Shown one piece after another: positions 47,765-58,637 of a DNA stretch of 64,000 bases (positions are counted from its first letter, which is position 1; every line of letters begins with the position of its first letter). The notes under the pieces were generated by a model, which was not told where the DNA came from, did no database searches, and saw only the letters and a program-made list of their open reading frames with translations. The DNA lies in assembly GCA_002104905.1 (NCBI GenBank), contig MCFE01000119.1, positions 1 to 64,000 of the forward strand, in the 5' to 3' direction. This DNA comes from Basidiobolus meristosporus CBS 931.73. Taxonomy: Eukaryota; Fungi; Basidiobolomycota. A program made the position numbers and the translations under genes.

Positions 47765-48841
47765 TCAACACAGGAGTTCAAGGGCGGAGGTGGTGTGTCT
47801 GCGTTTCTTAAGAGGTGGCTGCTTCAAGTGGAAATCGGACGACTTTGTGCGCAGCAGGCGATTCCAGGGGCTGGCTCCGGGGTCTTGAGAGGTCGGCTCT
47901 TCTGAGAGTTCGTTGGAGCTCTCGCGGCGTGCCTGGACTCGGTTTTTTATGGAGTTCATCTTGGTGCTGTCCAAGGATATGCTGATGCTGGCCCAACTCG
48001 GCCTCTCCACCCCAGGGGTCTTGATCTTGCTTCCGTAGCCAAGGTTAAGGTTTTGCTGCTGGAGGAGGTCGATCTGGGCCGATAAGTCCAGTCCAAGTGA
48101 TTCAAGGCCACAATCGGCCAGTGATGCCACACCAAAGTCCTCAGACAGGTTGGAGGCCGCTAGGATCTCGGAGGTTGGCAGTGTGCCTAAGCCGGCCAGA
48201 TCGCCAGATAACAAAGCGACGTCCGGGGAAATTGTGGATAGATCAAGGATTTTCTGGCTCTCCAGGCTTTCCAAGTCAGTTGAGTGTAGGAAGCTGGGAG
48301 AAGCATCGCTGGATAGCTCGCTGAATTCTGGAAGTTGGGCTGTGAAGGAGTCAATACGTGCACTCGTAGGGCCATCAATCGGTCAAGAATTACCTGAGTT
48401 TAAGTAAGCGTTGGCGGACTCGAAGGAGTCTTTCTGAATGTTGAATGTGGTGTTGCTGGGGGAGAGCAGGTAGGAATACTCCGGGTCCGCTAGATATGAG
48501 CTGGAAGTTTGCTGCGGGTAGAATGGGGTGGAGTTGGAGAGAGTCAGCTTGGCTGCTTCGATAGTGTAGAGGGGTGCAGAGGGGTGACGATCATTGGATT
48601 CCTTTTTCAATTTCTGGCGGCGGTTTTGAAACCAGATTTGGACGGCGCGAGGACGCATCCCGAGCTCTTCAGCCAGCTGGATACGTATCTCGGTTTTTGG
48701 CTTGGTCGTTTGCTCGAAAACCTCCATCAGGCGATTCACCTGTCTGGCGTTCAACCGATTCCGCCGCTTGATCTCCCTAGCGTCGTTTGACTCCGAATCC
48801 GAGTCCGATAATCTCATAGGGGAGTGATCGAGTTTGTTCAT
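47765..48841 (-). CDS. Homeodomain transcription factor, 2 exons (intron 48340-48393)
   Basis: IKRRNRLNARQVNRLMEVFEQTTKPKTEIRIQLAEELGMRPRAVQIWFQNRRQKLK; the GT-AG intron joins this ORF in frame to ORF 47765-48274. Confidence 0.88.
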
Positions 48842-50979
48842 CTGGGAGGGGAAGTCAATCTTGTGGAAGTGGGATGAGAACGATGGTTGGCGAGGAGGTG
48901 GGTGGACTTTTATAGGTCAATATGGGGTGAGGAATCGGAGTGATGGGAGCGATTTGAAATCTACTGTTGCACAAAGACCGGATCCTTATTTCAGGTAACC
49001 TTGGCCGCCATTTTTGGCGATGACTAAGCTTGTTAAAGAGGAAGTCGACCTCTGTACTCTCCATCCATTTCTTACCGAAAGCCTACCTGGGAAACGAGGA
49101 ATGGCTCTGCTTGACCAAGCGCAAGAGTGGTGGACTAGTGCTCCTTCGGAGAACCCTTCTCTCTTGTCGCGAGATTCTTGCGCTCAATTGGTGCACTAAG
49201 AATAGTCTGACTCTGAGATGTCTGTGCACGGATGGATTTGGCAGGCTGTGACGTTGACACTTGCATAAACTGTGGACACCTGCTGCACCCCGATGGTGGA
49301 CCCCATGTCGTCACTCAGGTGAACAGCAAAATTCTCTGCATGGTCAGGTTCTGCGCATCGAGGGGACCTACCCGATCGCTGATCATTTGGTTGCTTCTAT
49401 GGTTGGCTTTTCACGATGATGACGCCACCAGCAGAGATATATTTTCACCCCGATCTCATGGGGATCATGGGGGCCCCGATCTATCGGATCTTAGCTTCGC
49501 CCGCTTCCATTCGAGTGGATTCCAATGGGAAAGGGAGAACGGTGCATGCAAGGTCCAGATTACGCCGAGGTTGTAGGTCTGGGTGGGTCAGCATGGCTCT
49601 CATCCGATACTTATAGCAGATATGGTTGCCTGATGCTTTCTTTTTCTGGGGATTAGGGCCATTCTGTTTAGGGCCCTTTTGATTTCGCGATTTTCATCGC
49701 ATTTTTAGAAGTGGTGCAGATATTGTGGTACTGTTGATGCGAAAGGTGCCTGCTAGGATCGAATCGGCCTCGCTATGCGTTGAGTACAATCAGATGCCGA
49801 TCCTGCAGTTGGATCGTATAAATGGTGTTGTTCCTTTTTGCAACCCATTGGAACGCTGATTTTTGAAAGTTGTGCTCTGTGCCAGCTTTTGGCTCCCCTT
49901 CCACCAAGTTGTCTCTGGCTTAAGGGATGAGCACCATACAGAAAGCAGCAGAAATCCCAATCTTAGTTGTAGTCCCAAATCCACAGTGAATGACTCCATT
50001 GGATTTTATTAATCTAGACTTCTCACCAGAATGCCCATTGGTTTCAAGTAGAGAGTTTTCTCAGGATTCAAATCATGGCAATGGATCGATTCCTATGAAT
50101 ATGCGCATTCTTTTGTTTTTTAGCATTTTCATGATCATCCAACAATTCGATGCCGGCTGATCAACCCCAAACGTTGCGCACATCTTTATACAAGTGGAAA
50201 CCACATTCTCTTCCAACAACCACAAAACCGCTCCCAGATCCTAGGTTTACCTGTCTTGCTTTTGGCGTGTAGATCTATTCCTTCTACATTCATTTATCAT
50301 TGTTTTCTATGGTCTAGATAGCCAAAACTATTCTAAGGGCTCAAAGTGCTGCCAGAAATACTAGAGGGATTGGTTGGATGTTATTTGAAGCTGGCAAGTG
50401 ATCAATGTTGGTTAACCTTGAAACAACATCTGAAAGAAAACCCATTACAAACTTGGTCACTGATTCACTATCCGGGGCAGCCAAGGATGCTCAGTGGATC
50501 TATCACACTATCTACTGAATCCACCTTAAACGTGAATGCAAGAAACATATTTGGATGTAGACAGTCAAGTTGCTTCAACACAATATTGCTAGTGAAGCTC
50601 ATTAACTGCATTAAAAAATTCATCTTACGTAGTGGTGGCCAGGTGCAATGAGTTAGCGCTTATATTGCCTGGTGTGATAATCCTCTGGCTATCTTTGTCC
50701 CATATACTTGCCCAATAAATGAGTACTATTCCGCGATTCTTACTGCGAACCTCCTGGTTGATGCCATATCAGGGTGAGGATCATCGAAATGCATGGAGGG
50801 TCATTCTGAGTAAAATAAGTTTATATATATATATATGAATAGATCAAATGCCTATGCCATTAGTCTTTGGGGGACTGTTGACTAGTCACAAAATCTTGCA
50901 CAAGAGCCAATAAACCTGAATACTCTTGCGTCACAATTTGATTAAGTAGTAAAACATGTCTTGCCATTCAAATAGTTGT

Positions 50980-51882
50980 TCACTTCGTATCAAAATAAGT
51001 TCCTGTCTTGATGTCAGCAAGCAGCGAAGGTTGTACTGGACTCCATCCAAGTTTCTCCCGCGTTATCGCACTTGAGGTTGGATTGTTTCCCGCAACCACA
51101 AACCCTAACCAGCCGAAATGCTCTTGGGCTTCTTCCAACGGTTTGCTAGCGACTGAGACATTCAGCTGCTTGCCAATTTCCTCTGCGATATCTTTAAGCT
51201 TCACCCCTTCCTCAGCCACCGCATGGAATATGGAGCCAGCGCTGCCCTTGGCTAAAGCCAGCTTATAGACACTAGCGGCATCTAATCGGTGCGTTGCTGG
51301 CCAGCAATTGAGTCCGTCACCAATGTATGCGGACACGCCCTTTTCTCGCGCCAGGTTGATAAGCATCTTAACAAAACCATGGTCTCCATCTCCATGGTTA
51401 GTGGGTGGAAGACGTACTATGGAAACTCGTACTCCTTGAGACACGAGGGAGAGTGCTACCTGTTCGGATTGTCCGCGTGCAGAAGCAGTTGGAGTAGAAA
51501 GGTCAGGTGTGTCCTCTTCAGTAGCCAAGCGACCCTGTGGAAGTAACAAGGTGCCGGAAGTGATGATGAGAGGGCGGTTGGATCCTTTTAAAGCAGCACC
51601 CAATGCCTCGATAGCGCTCCTATCTACACGGCAGCTGGCCTCGTAATCGGAAAAATCGTGGATGAAAGCCAGGTGGATTACACCATCGGCCGCTGAGGCC
51701 CCCTGCTTCAGACTGGCCAAATCTTCCAGTGATCCCCTCAGTACCTCAGCACCCATGGCGGTGAGCATCTCTGCTCCTTTGTCGGAGCGAGCAAGGCCCA
51801 CTACCTGGTGACCTGCAGCAAGAAGCTCGCGAACAACAGCTTGGCCGATAAACCCAGTAGCACCTGTAACAAATACGCGCAT
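50980..51882 (-). CDS. Atypical SDR / NAD-dependent epimerase-dehydratase (YLL056C-like, bacterial-type)
   Basis: MRVFVTGATGFIG Rossmann motif, VIHLAFIHDF, RLPPTNHGDGDHGF, WPATHRLDAA, SSAITREKLGW; intronless. Confidence 0.9.
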   Translation of the reverse strand: MRVFVTGATGFIGQAVVRELLAAGHQVVGLARSDKGAEMLTAMGAEVLRGSLEDLASLKQGASAADGVIHLAFIHDFSDYEASCRVDRSAIEALGAALKGSNRPLIITSGTLLLPQGRLATEEDTPDLSTPTASARGQSEQVALSLVSQGVRVSIVRLPPTNHGDGDHGFVKMLINLAREKGVSAYIGDGLNCWPATHRLDAASVYKLALAKGSAGSIFHAVAEEGVKLKDIAEEIGKQLNVSVASKPLEEAQEHFGWLGFVVAGNNPTSSAITREKLGWSPVQPSLLADIKTGTYFDTK

Positions 51883-51908
51883 GATTGTGATAGTTCAACG
51901 TTTACGGT

Positions 51909-51941
51909 AGTCTACAGGTATATATACCTTCACTGTAGACT
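51909..51941. promoter_or_regulatory. TATA-like palindrome flanked by a perfect 9-bp inverted repeat, upstream of the SDR gene
   Basis: AGTCTACAG (51909-51917) and CTGTAGACT (51933-51941) enclose GGTATATATACC (51917-51928), 27-59 bp upstream of the ATG. Confidence 0.5.
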
Positions 51942-52889
51942 GGGCTCCCAAATTTAGAAATTTTATCAATAGGCACTTCTGATCGTAATTCGGAGCGTAC
52001 TGGTGGAATCGGACTTACAAGATCCCTTTCTGCCGGTTGTGTTGATCGCGCTTGATTGCGGAAATAGATCTTTAGCAACAATACCAAGTGGTGGCTGGTG
52101 TTGGTGATGTCATGTCCATATTGAAGGCTAGAATATGTAGAGTATGCGGTTGCTGAAGGAAACGGTAAATGGTACTTATCAACTGCTACAGCAAACAGAT
52201 GATACAAGAGATTCACATTCATCATAAATACTGCCTGTTTTGGAGTGGAGGTGACACAGCATTTAAGCTTTCTAGTATACGCTATAGGGCGCTATCCAAT
52301 GGTTCTACTACTCTTGTTAATCATGACCGCCCACACTCTCTGATGGATTGAGACTTGGTTCTTGCAAGAAAATAAAGACAAAGACTGCGCTTTGGATTTG
52401 CGCAATACAATATAAGAAGGCTGTAAAGTAACTCATAGCTAGAAACGTTCCATACGTAATGCTGTTAGAGAGATCGATCAAATTCTCTTGATCATGCTTT
52501 CAACACTGCAATGCTCGGAAGGAATGCGTTGTTTGGTGACCAGGATACCGGTGTGCCAATCAATGCTAAATAGAGTCGGAACATGGCCACCTAACGAATT
52601 GGTGTTGCAACCCTTTCATCATCTGATACATTACCGATCTACCAAGTTGTCAAATACTTCTTTATAGTTACCAGGGTAAGGTCAGCTATTTGGCATAACT
52701 ACTAGGTGTCTATAAGTTACGCATTACAAACTGAAGCCCTACTTCCATTGCAATGGCCTACTTACCAACCATATGCTCTTGTATCTTGGTGTTTCCCTTG
52801 TGAGTATTGTACTCCATCAGCATACAAAGTCACGAGATTTAAATTCTGTGATGGCCTTTTGACGGGATCATCACAATTATTTTTCATAG

Positions 52890-53589
52890 GGTATTGTTAA
52901 GGAGCAATTTCATGGAATTCAAGATAGCAACCAAGCATAGCACTTTCTACCACAGAAGCAGAGTATATGGCAGCCTGTGAGGCTAAAAAAGAAACAATGT
53001 GGCTAAGAAAACTTTTCAAAGACTTAGGCTTACATTGAAAAGCCCCTACTCCATTATTTCAAGATAATCAAGGATATATACAATCGGGTAGAAATCCAAC
53101 TTTTCATGCCAGAACTAAGCACATAAGTATAAGACATCATTTCATATGGGAAGCTATAGAGGATAACTTAGTAAACTTAGCTTACTGTCCTACAGATAAA
53201 ATGAATGCAGACATACTTACCAAACCATTAGCTATTGACAAGTTTGAGTATCTAGATCACAGTTAGGACTAGTTAATTTGAATATTTAGCTCAGTGGGAG
53301 TATTGCAAATTCTGCAATTACACCCAAATATTTTCCTGACCTAGTTGCTTAGATCACTCCCTACAGAGCTTAGAGCACTCTGGCCAAATTCCTTGACAGC
53401 AGTTACTTGGAATATCTTCACCAAATACCAGATATTATAACATAAAGTTTCCCAAGTTTGTCCATGCAACTCCAAGCTTTGCTGACAGGCTTGTGAGAAC
53501 TTTTCAAGCATATTTGCTGCAGCTTTTCTACTCAGAACATACAGAAGTATAAAACTACTTTTACAGTCAATAAATCATTAAGTGAAAAC
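52890..53589 (+). mobile_element. Old Ty1/copia 3' end: RNase H remnant, polypurine tract and truncated, diverged 3' LTR (53301-53589)
   Basis: Translates to GAISWNS...ALSTTEAEYMAACEA...FQDNQG...FHARTKHISIRHHF with stops. AGTGGGAG tract ends at 53300. The LTR is interrupted by the next LTR at 53590. Confidence 0.85.
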
Positions 53590-54020
53590 TGTTGTAAGAA
53601 TTTGTAATTCCACCTATATGTTGTAAAAGTTTGTAATTCCACCTAAATATTCACCTAACTTAGTCACTTAGATCATTACCTTCAAATCCTAGAGAACACT
53701 GATCAAATTCCTTGTTGGGATTTACTTGAAATATTTTCACCAAAATACCAGGTACCCAGAACATGAAAATTCTCAAAGTTGTCCAAGCAGCCCCAAGCTT
53801 TGTACACATGTTCTTCAAGCCTCTTTTAACCTACTCTATGTGCTTGTAATGCCAACACCATGTAAAAGTATAAATACTACTTTTACATTCAATAAATTAT
53901 TAAGTGAAAACCACATAATCAACTTGTCCTCCCAATCACTTCCAATATCTCCAAGACTCTTACAACAGGCTATGAGCCCCAAGCTGTCACACTCTGAAAT
54001 GTCTACAACTAAAACTGAAT
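53590..54020 (+). mobile_element. Copia 5' LTR (53590/53619-53967), PBS and first gag codons, truncated at an inversion junction
   Basis: TGTTG...TACAACA termini, followed by GGCTATGAGCCC (PBS variant); homologous to the LTRs at 58638 and 60757. Confidence 0.9.
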
Positions 54021-55452
54021 CACAGTGGTGGAGTTCTCTGGAGAAAGAAAAGTCTCATTGTTTTGCTCTGATTCAATCCTGACAATTGGTGGACTTGCGA
54101 TCAGATTTTTGTCATCATCTGATTTCATTTTTTGTGAAAATTTTGAATATTCATCAAACAGCACATCCTGGACTTGATCAGCATCATTGCTTTACTATTG
54201 TAGAGTCTGTATACTTCACTCTCATTGCAGTTGCCCAACAATATGCATTTGCACTATTTGGCTTAAATTTTGACTGATTTCTGGGCAGTATCTTGGCATA
54301 TGCTGTACACCCAAATATTTCTAGACATTCTGCACTTGGTCTATGTCTATACCATGCTTCCGGTGGAGTAGATTCACAAAGTATTCTGCTATAACTCCTA
54401 TTTTTGAGACTTACAGCTGTAGCAACAGATTTTGCTTAACAATTGTGGGATATATATATTTTTGATCATGGATCATAGATATTGCCACATCAGATATTGA
54501 ACTGTTTGCAACTTCTGACACTCCATTTTTCTGTGCAGAGTATGATATGGTAGCCTCTTGCTTTATCATGTGAACTTTGCAGAAGTGGATGAAAAGTTCT
54601 GAAGTATATCTTCCACCATTAAAAGAGCGTATTTTCAGGAATTTTTCACCAGTTTTGCTCTCCACCATGGCTTTAAGCTCCCAGAGCTTAGACAGAGCTT
54701 CTTCCTTTCTGCGCAAGAAGTATACTCACATGTACCTTGTACAATCATCAATAAAAGTGATCATACACTTTATCCCAGCTGAGGATAAATTTTGCATAGG
54801 TCCACACAAATCTAAGTGAATTAGATCTAACTTTTTCTTAGTTCTGACCAACTCAGAGCTCTTGAATGATCATCTGGCTTGTTTCACATGTATGCGGGCT
54901 ATACAGTGCTCCAAGTTAGATGTGCAATCAACCTTAACTCAGGAAATTAGCTGATCTTTGATCATTTTGCACAGATAATTAAAATTGTTGTATCCAAATC
55001 TCCTGTGCCAAAGCATTAGTGTTTCTTCATTTAAGTCACCTATATTGGCTTCCAGATATGATGAAATATAAGTCAAGTTGTATAGATTCTGATCTCTGCT
55101 ACCCAAAGCAATATGGGCACTATTTTGATCAGTGATCTTGCTTCCAGAATTGTCAATACTGAAGCTGAGTCCTTTGGCTATGGTCTTGCTTTCAGAGAGT
55201 AGATTATTGGCTATTTCTGGTACATAGAGTAGTTCTTTGAAGGTGAGTGTATGGCTTCCTTTACTGCTTCTGCGGTTTACTTGGATTGTTCCTTCTCCCA
55301 CTGCATCAACTGTTCTATCATCACCCATGAAAACCTTCTTAATTGGAATTTCTTGATATTGGGTATAAAGTTCTTTTTAGTGTGCATAGTGTTGAGATGC
55401 TCCCAGCTCAATATAGCACATCTGAGAATCCTTGTTTATGGGCATATTTTTT
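54015..55452 (-). mobile_element. Decayed copia pol fragment (protease to integrase), element B
   Basis: Reverse complement aligns by eye to 61940-63370 (MGDDRTVDAVGEGTI, MLWHRRFG, integrase core); contains stops and frameshifts. Confidence 0.9.
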
Positions 55453-57793
55453 TGTAACAGCTTTGGAGATCTTGGAAGTGATTTGAGAGGATAAGTAGAT
55501 TATGTGGCTTTCACTTAATGATTTATCAAATGTAAAAGTAGTATTTGTACCATTACATAGTCTTGGCATAACAAGCATGTAGAATAGGTAAAGGAAGGTC
55601 CCAAGAGCTTGTGTGCAAAGGTTGGGGCTGTTTGGACATCTTGAGGATTTTAATTTTCTGGGTACCTGGTATTTTGGTGAAAATATTCTGAGTAAATACC
55701 AACAAGGAAATTAGTCAGTATTCTCTAGGACTTGAAGGTAATGATCTAAGTGATTAAGTTAGGTGACTATTTAGGTAGAACTACAGATTTTACCAACACT
55801 CCCACTCAGCTCAATGTTCATACTGACTAGTCCTAATTTTGACCTATGATATTCAGACTTGTCTCTGGCTAATGGTTAGCTAAATATGTCTGCAATCATT
55901 TCATTTGTAGGACAGTAAACTAAGCTAACTAAGCTATTCTCTATAGCTTCATGTATGAAATGATGTCTAATATCTATATGCTTAGTACCAGCATGAAAAG
56001 TTGGATTTTTACCTAATTGTAAACATCCTTGATTGTCTTGAAATGAAGTAATATGCATTTTTTTGACATAGGCCTAAATCTGTAAAAGCTTTCTTAACCA
56101 CATTACTTCATTTGTAGCTTCACAGGCTGCCTTATACTCTGCCTCTGTGGTGGAAAGTGCTATGGTTGGTTGGTTTCTTGAATTCCACAAAATTGCTCCT
56201 TTACAGTAAAGAAAGGTGTATCTGGTGGTGGATCTTCTGTCTTCCAAATTTCGTCCCCATCAGCATCAGAGTGCTCCACAAGATCCTGATCTGAATCCTT
56301 ATAAGTGTATCTTGAGCAGATACCAGCAGTTCCTTTTAGGTATCGAAAATCTGCTTAACAGCTGCAATATGATCAGATCCATTGTTGTGATTATGCTGGC
56401 TGACAACTCCCACTGAATGTGAGATATCCAGATGTGATCCAAGCATGATATACATCAGACTGCAGATCATAGATTGATAAGGAAAGTTGGGGCTTTTGGA
56501 TGGTATCAAGCTCTCTTGAATTGGTTGAGTGTTGACCAAGTTAAGGTTTGTCTCCATTGGGGTAGCTGCTGGTTTAGAGTCTTCCATTTGGTACTTCTTT
56601 AGTATATCTTGAATATACTTGGATTGGCTTAGGGTAATAGTCTGGGTACTTCTGTCAGTGGAGAACTTTATCCCTAAGTAGTGACTGAGTTCTCCTTGAT
56701 TGGACATCTTGAACTCCTTAGATAGACTGGATTTAGTCTCTTCCAATGTTGCTAGGTTATTGGCAGCTATAATGAGTTCATCTGCATATAGAGCTAATAG
56801 AACTGGATTTGCTCTATCTGACTTATAGTATATACTATAGTCAGCATTACTCCTTTTGACACTCAAAGATTCCAAATAAGAATTTATATTGCAGTTCCAG
56901 GCTCTTGACAATTGTTTCAGACCATATAGTTACTTTAAGCTTGCAGACCAAATGGGGGTTATCTTGGTCAGTAAACCCATCAGGCTTGTCTATATGCACA
57001 TCCTCATCAAGTTCTTCATTCAAAAATGCTGCTTTTACATTTGTTTAATGAATAAAAAGCTTATATTTGGCTGCAATAGCCAATATCAATCTGATGATAC
57101 TAAACTTGGCTCCTGGTGCAAAGGTCTCAGTATAGTCAAGTCCTTTAGTTTGAGAGTATTCTTTGGCCACAAATCTTGCTTTGTATCTTTCAATAGTATC
57201 ATCAGCCTTCTCTTTTGTCTTGAAGACCCATCTGCATCCAATTGATTTTTGGTTGATTGGTAATTTGACTAAGTCCCAAGTTTGATTTTCCATCAGGGCC
57301 TGATATTCCTCAGTCATTGCAGATCTGCAACACTTTGTCTGAGGGCTATTTAGGGCCTCTTTTACAGTCTGAGGCTCATCAATACAGACTCCATAGGCAT
57401 AGGCTAAGTTTGTACCCTGAGTGATATAGTAATTTTGGCCATTTCCAGTCCACTTGGATCTCCAGGCATTGGATACTGGAATAATCTCTTCTGGAATACT
57501 CCTGAGCATTGATTCAGGCTGAACCATGGTTGTAGAGTCCTCTGGAGTGAAAAAATTTCATTGTTTTGCTCTGATTCAATTCTGGCCATGGGTGGACTTG
57601 AGAACAGATTTTTGTCATCATCTGATGTCATTTTCTGTGAGAATTTTAAGTTTTCATCAAACAGCACATCCTTTGACTTGGTCTGTATCCATACCATGCA
57701 TCAAATTGAGTAGAATCACAAAGTGTTCTGTTATAACTCCTATTCTTAAGTTATAAAGCTGTGGCAACTAATTCCGCCCATATATCATAGGAT
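55453..57793 (-). mobile_element. Decayed copia 3' half (integrase end, RT, RNase H, PPT, 3' LTR 55453-55798), element A, inserted into element B
   Basis: RT motifs (IGCRWVFKTK, LALYADELII), RNase H (FQDNQGC, TKHIDIRHHF); GAGTGGGAG tract abuts TGTTG at 55798 on the minus strand. Confidence 0.92.
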
Positions 57794-58637
57794 GGTATTG
57801 TTGTGGTCTTTTAGAGCTCAATAACTATTTTAAGTGGATCCAAATGGCCAGTGCATCCAATAGCCTTATATGCCAAGAAACATGACAGTATTGCAATGGC
57901 CTCACAGCAAGACTCTGATGGCATTATATTGGCAGTATGATGGCCTACAGCTAGTTCTGTATAATGCCACTGTACCAATTTACCAAGTGGTATTTCCTTT
58001 CTCTACCTCCCTTTGTGCAATTCATATATTCCACTGTAGAATCACCCCTCTTTAATTGCTTACTCACTACCTTGGGTATTTCACATATAGTTCAAATCAA
58101 AAAAACTATGGCCTCTTGCTTACAAACCTATACAAACACACACACCTGCTGCAATTAAGATACTTCTATCACATCAACTGTACAGCCTTGTAGTTTGATA
58201 CTTGCAAAGCTGCCATATACCTTGTACTGCTGGTAACATATACATCTGGCAAACATATGCTTGGTTGCTGCCACTTTGCCATTGATAACTCCTGAATATC
58301 TGCAATAACCTTCTGGAAATTAGACAAGATATTCCTTCTCCCAGCTGTATTATAGTCCCCCTTTATGGGTGCACACTGGCTCTTATTTATGTGAATTTCA
58401 TATTGAATGGTGTAGGAATTAGCTTGTGACCAAGAGAAACCTGACATACTTTGGTAAAGTCTTCCTACATGCATTGGGGCTGCTTAGCTTCTCAATGCTG
58501 TAGGCATAGGTGTCTCCATGTGCATATCTGTCCTCAGTATTTTCCAACTCTTCCTGTCTGTCCTCCATGTGCCAACTTATCACATCCATGATGGACTTAA
58601 AGGTAAAATTCTGATGAGATTGGAATATGGTAGTACC

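Noticed and set aside
49000-49620. Short ORFs upstream of the homeobox gene
   Set aside because: No recognisable domains or consistent splice pattern; treated as promoter or intergenic DNA.
50280-50810. Possible decayed gene or TE fragment (protein-like stretches broken by stops)
   Set aside because: I could not assign a family in any frame; evidence too weak to call a pseudogene.
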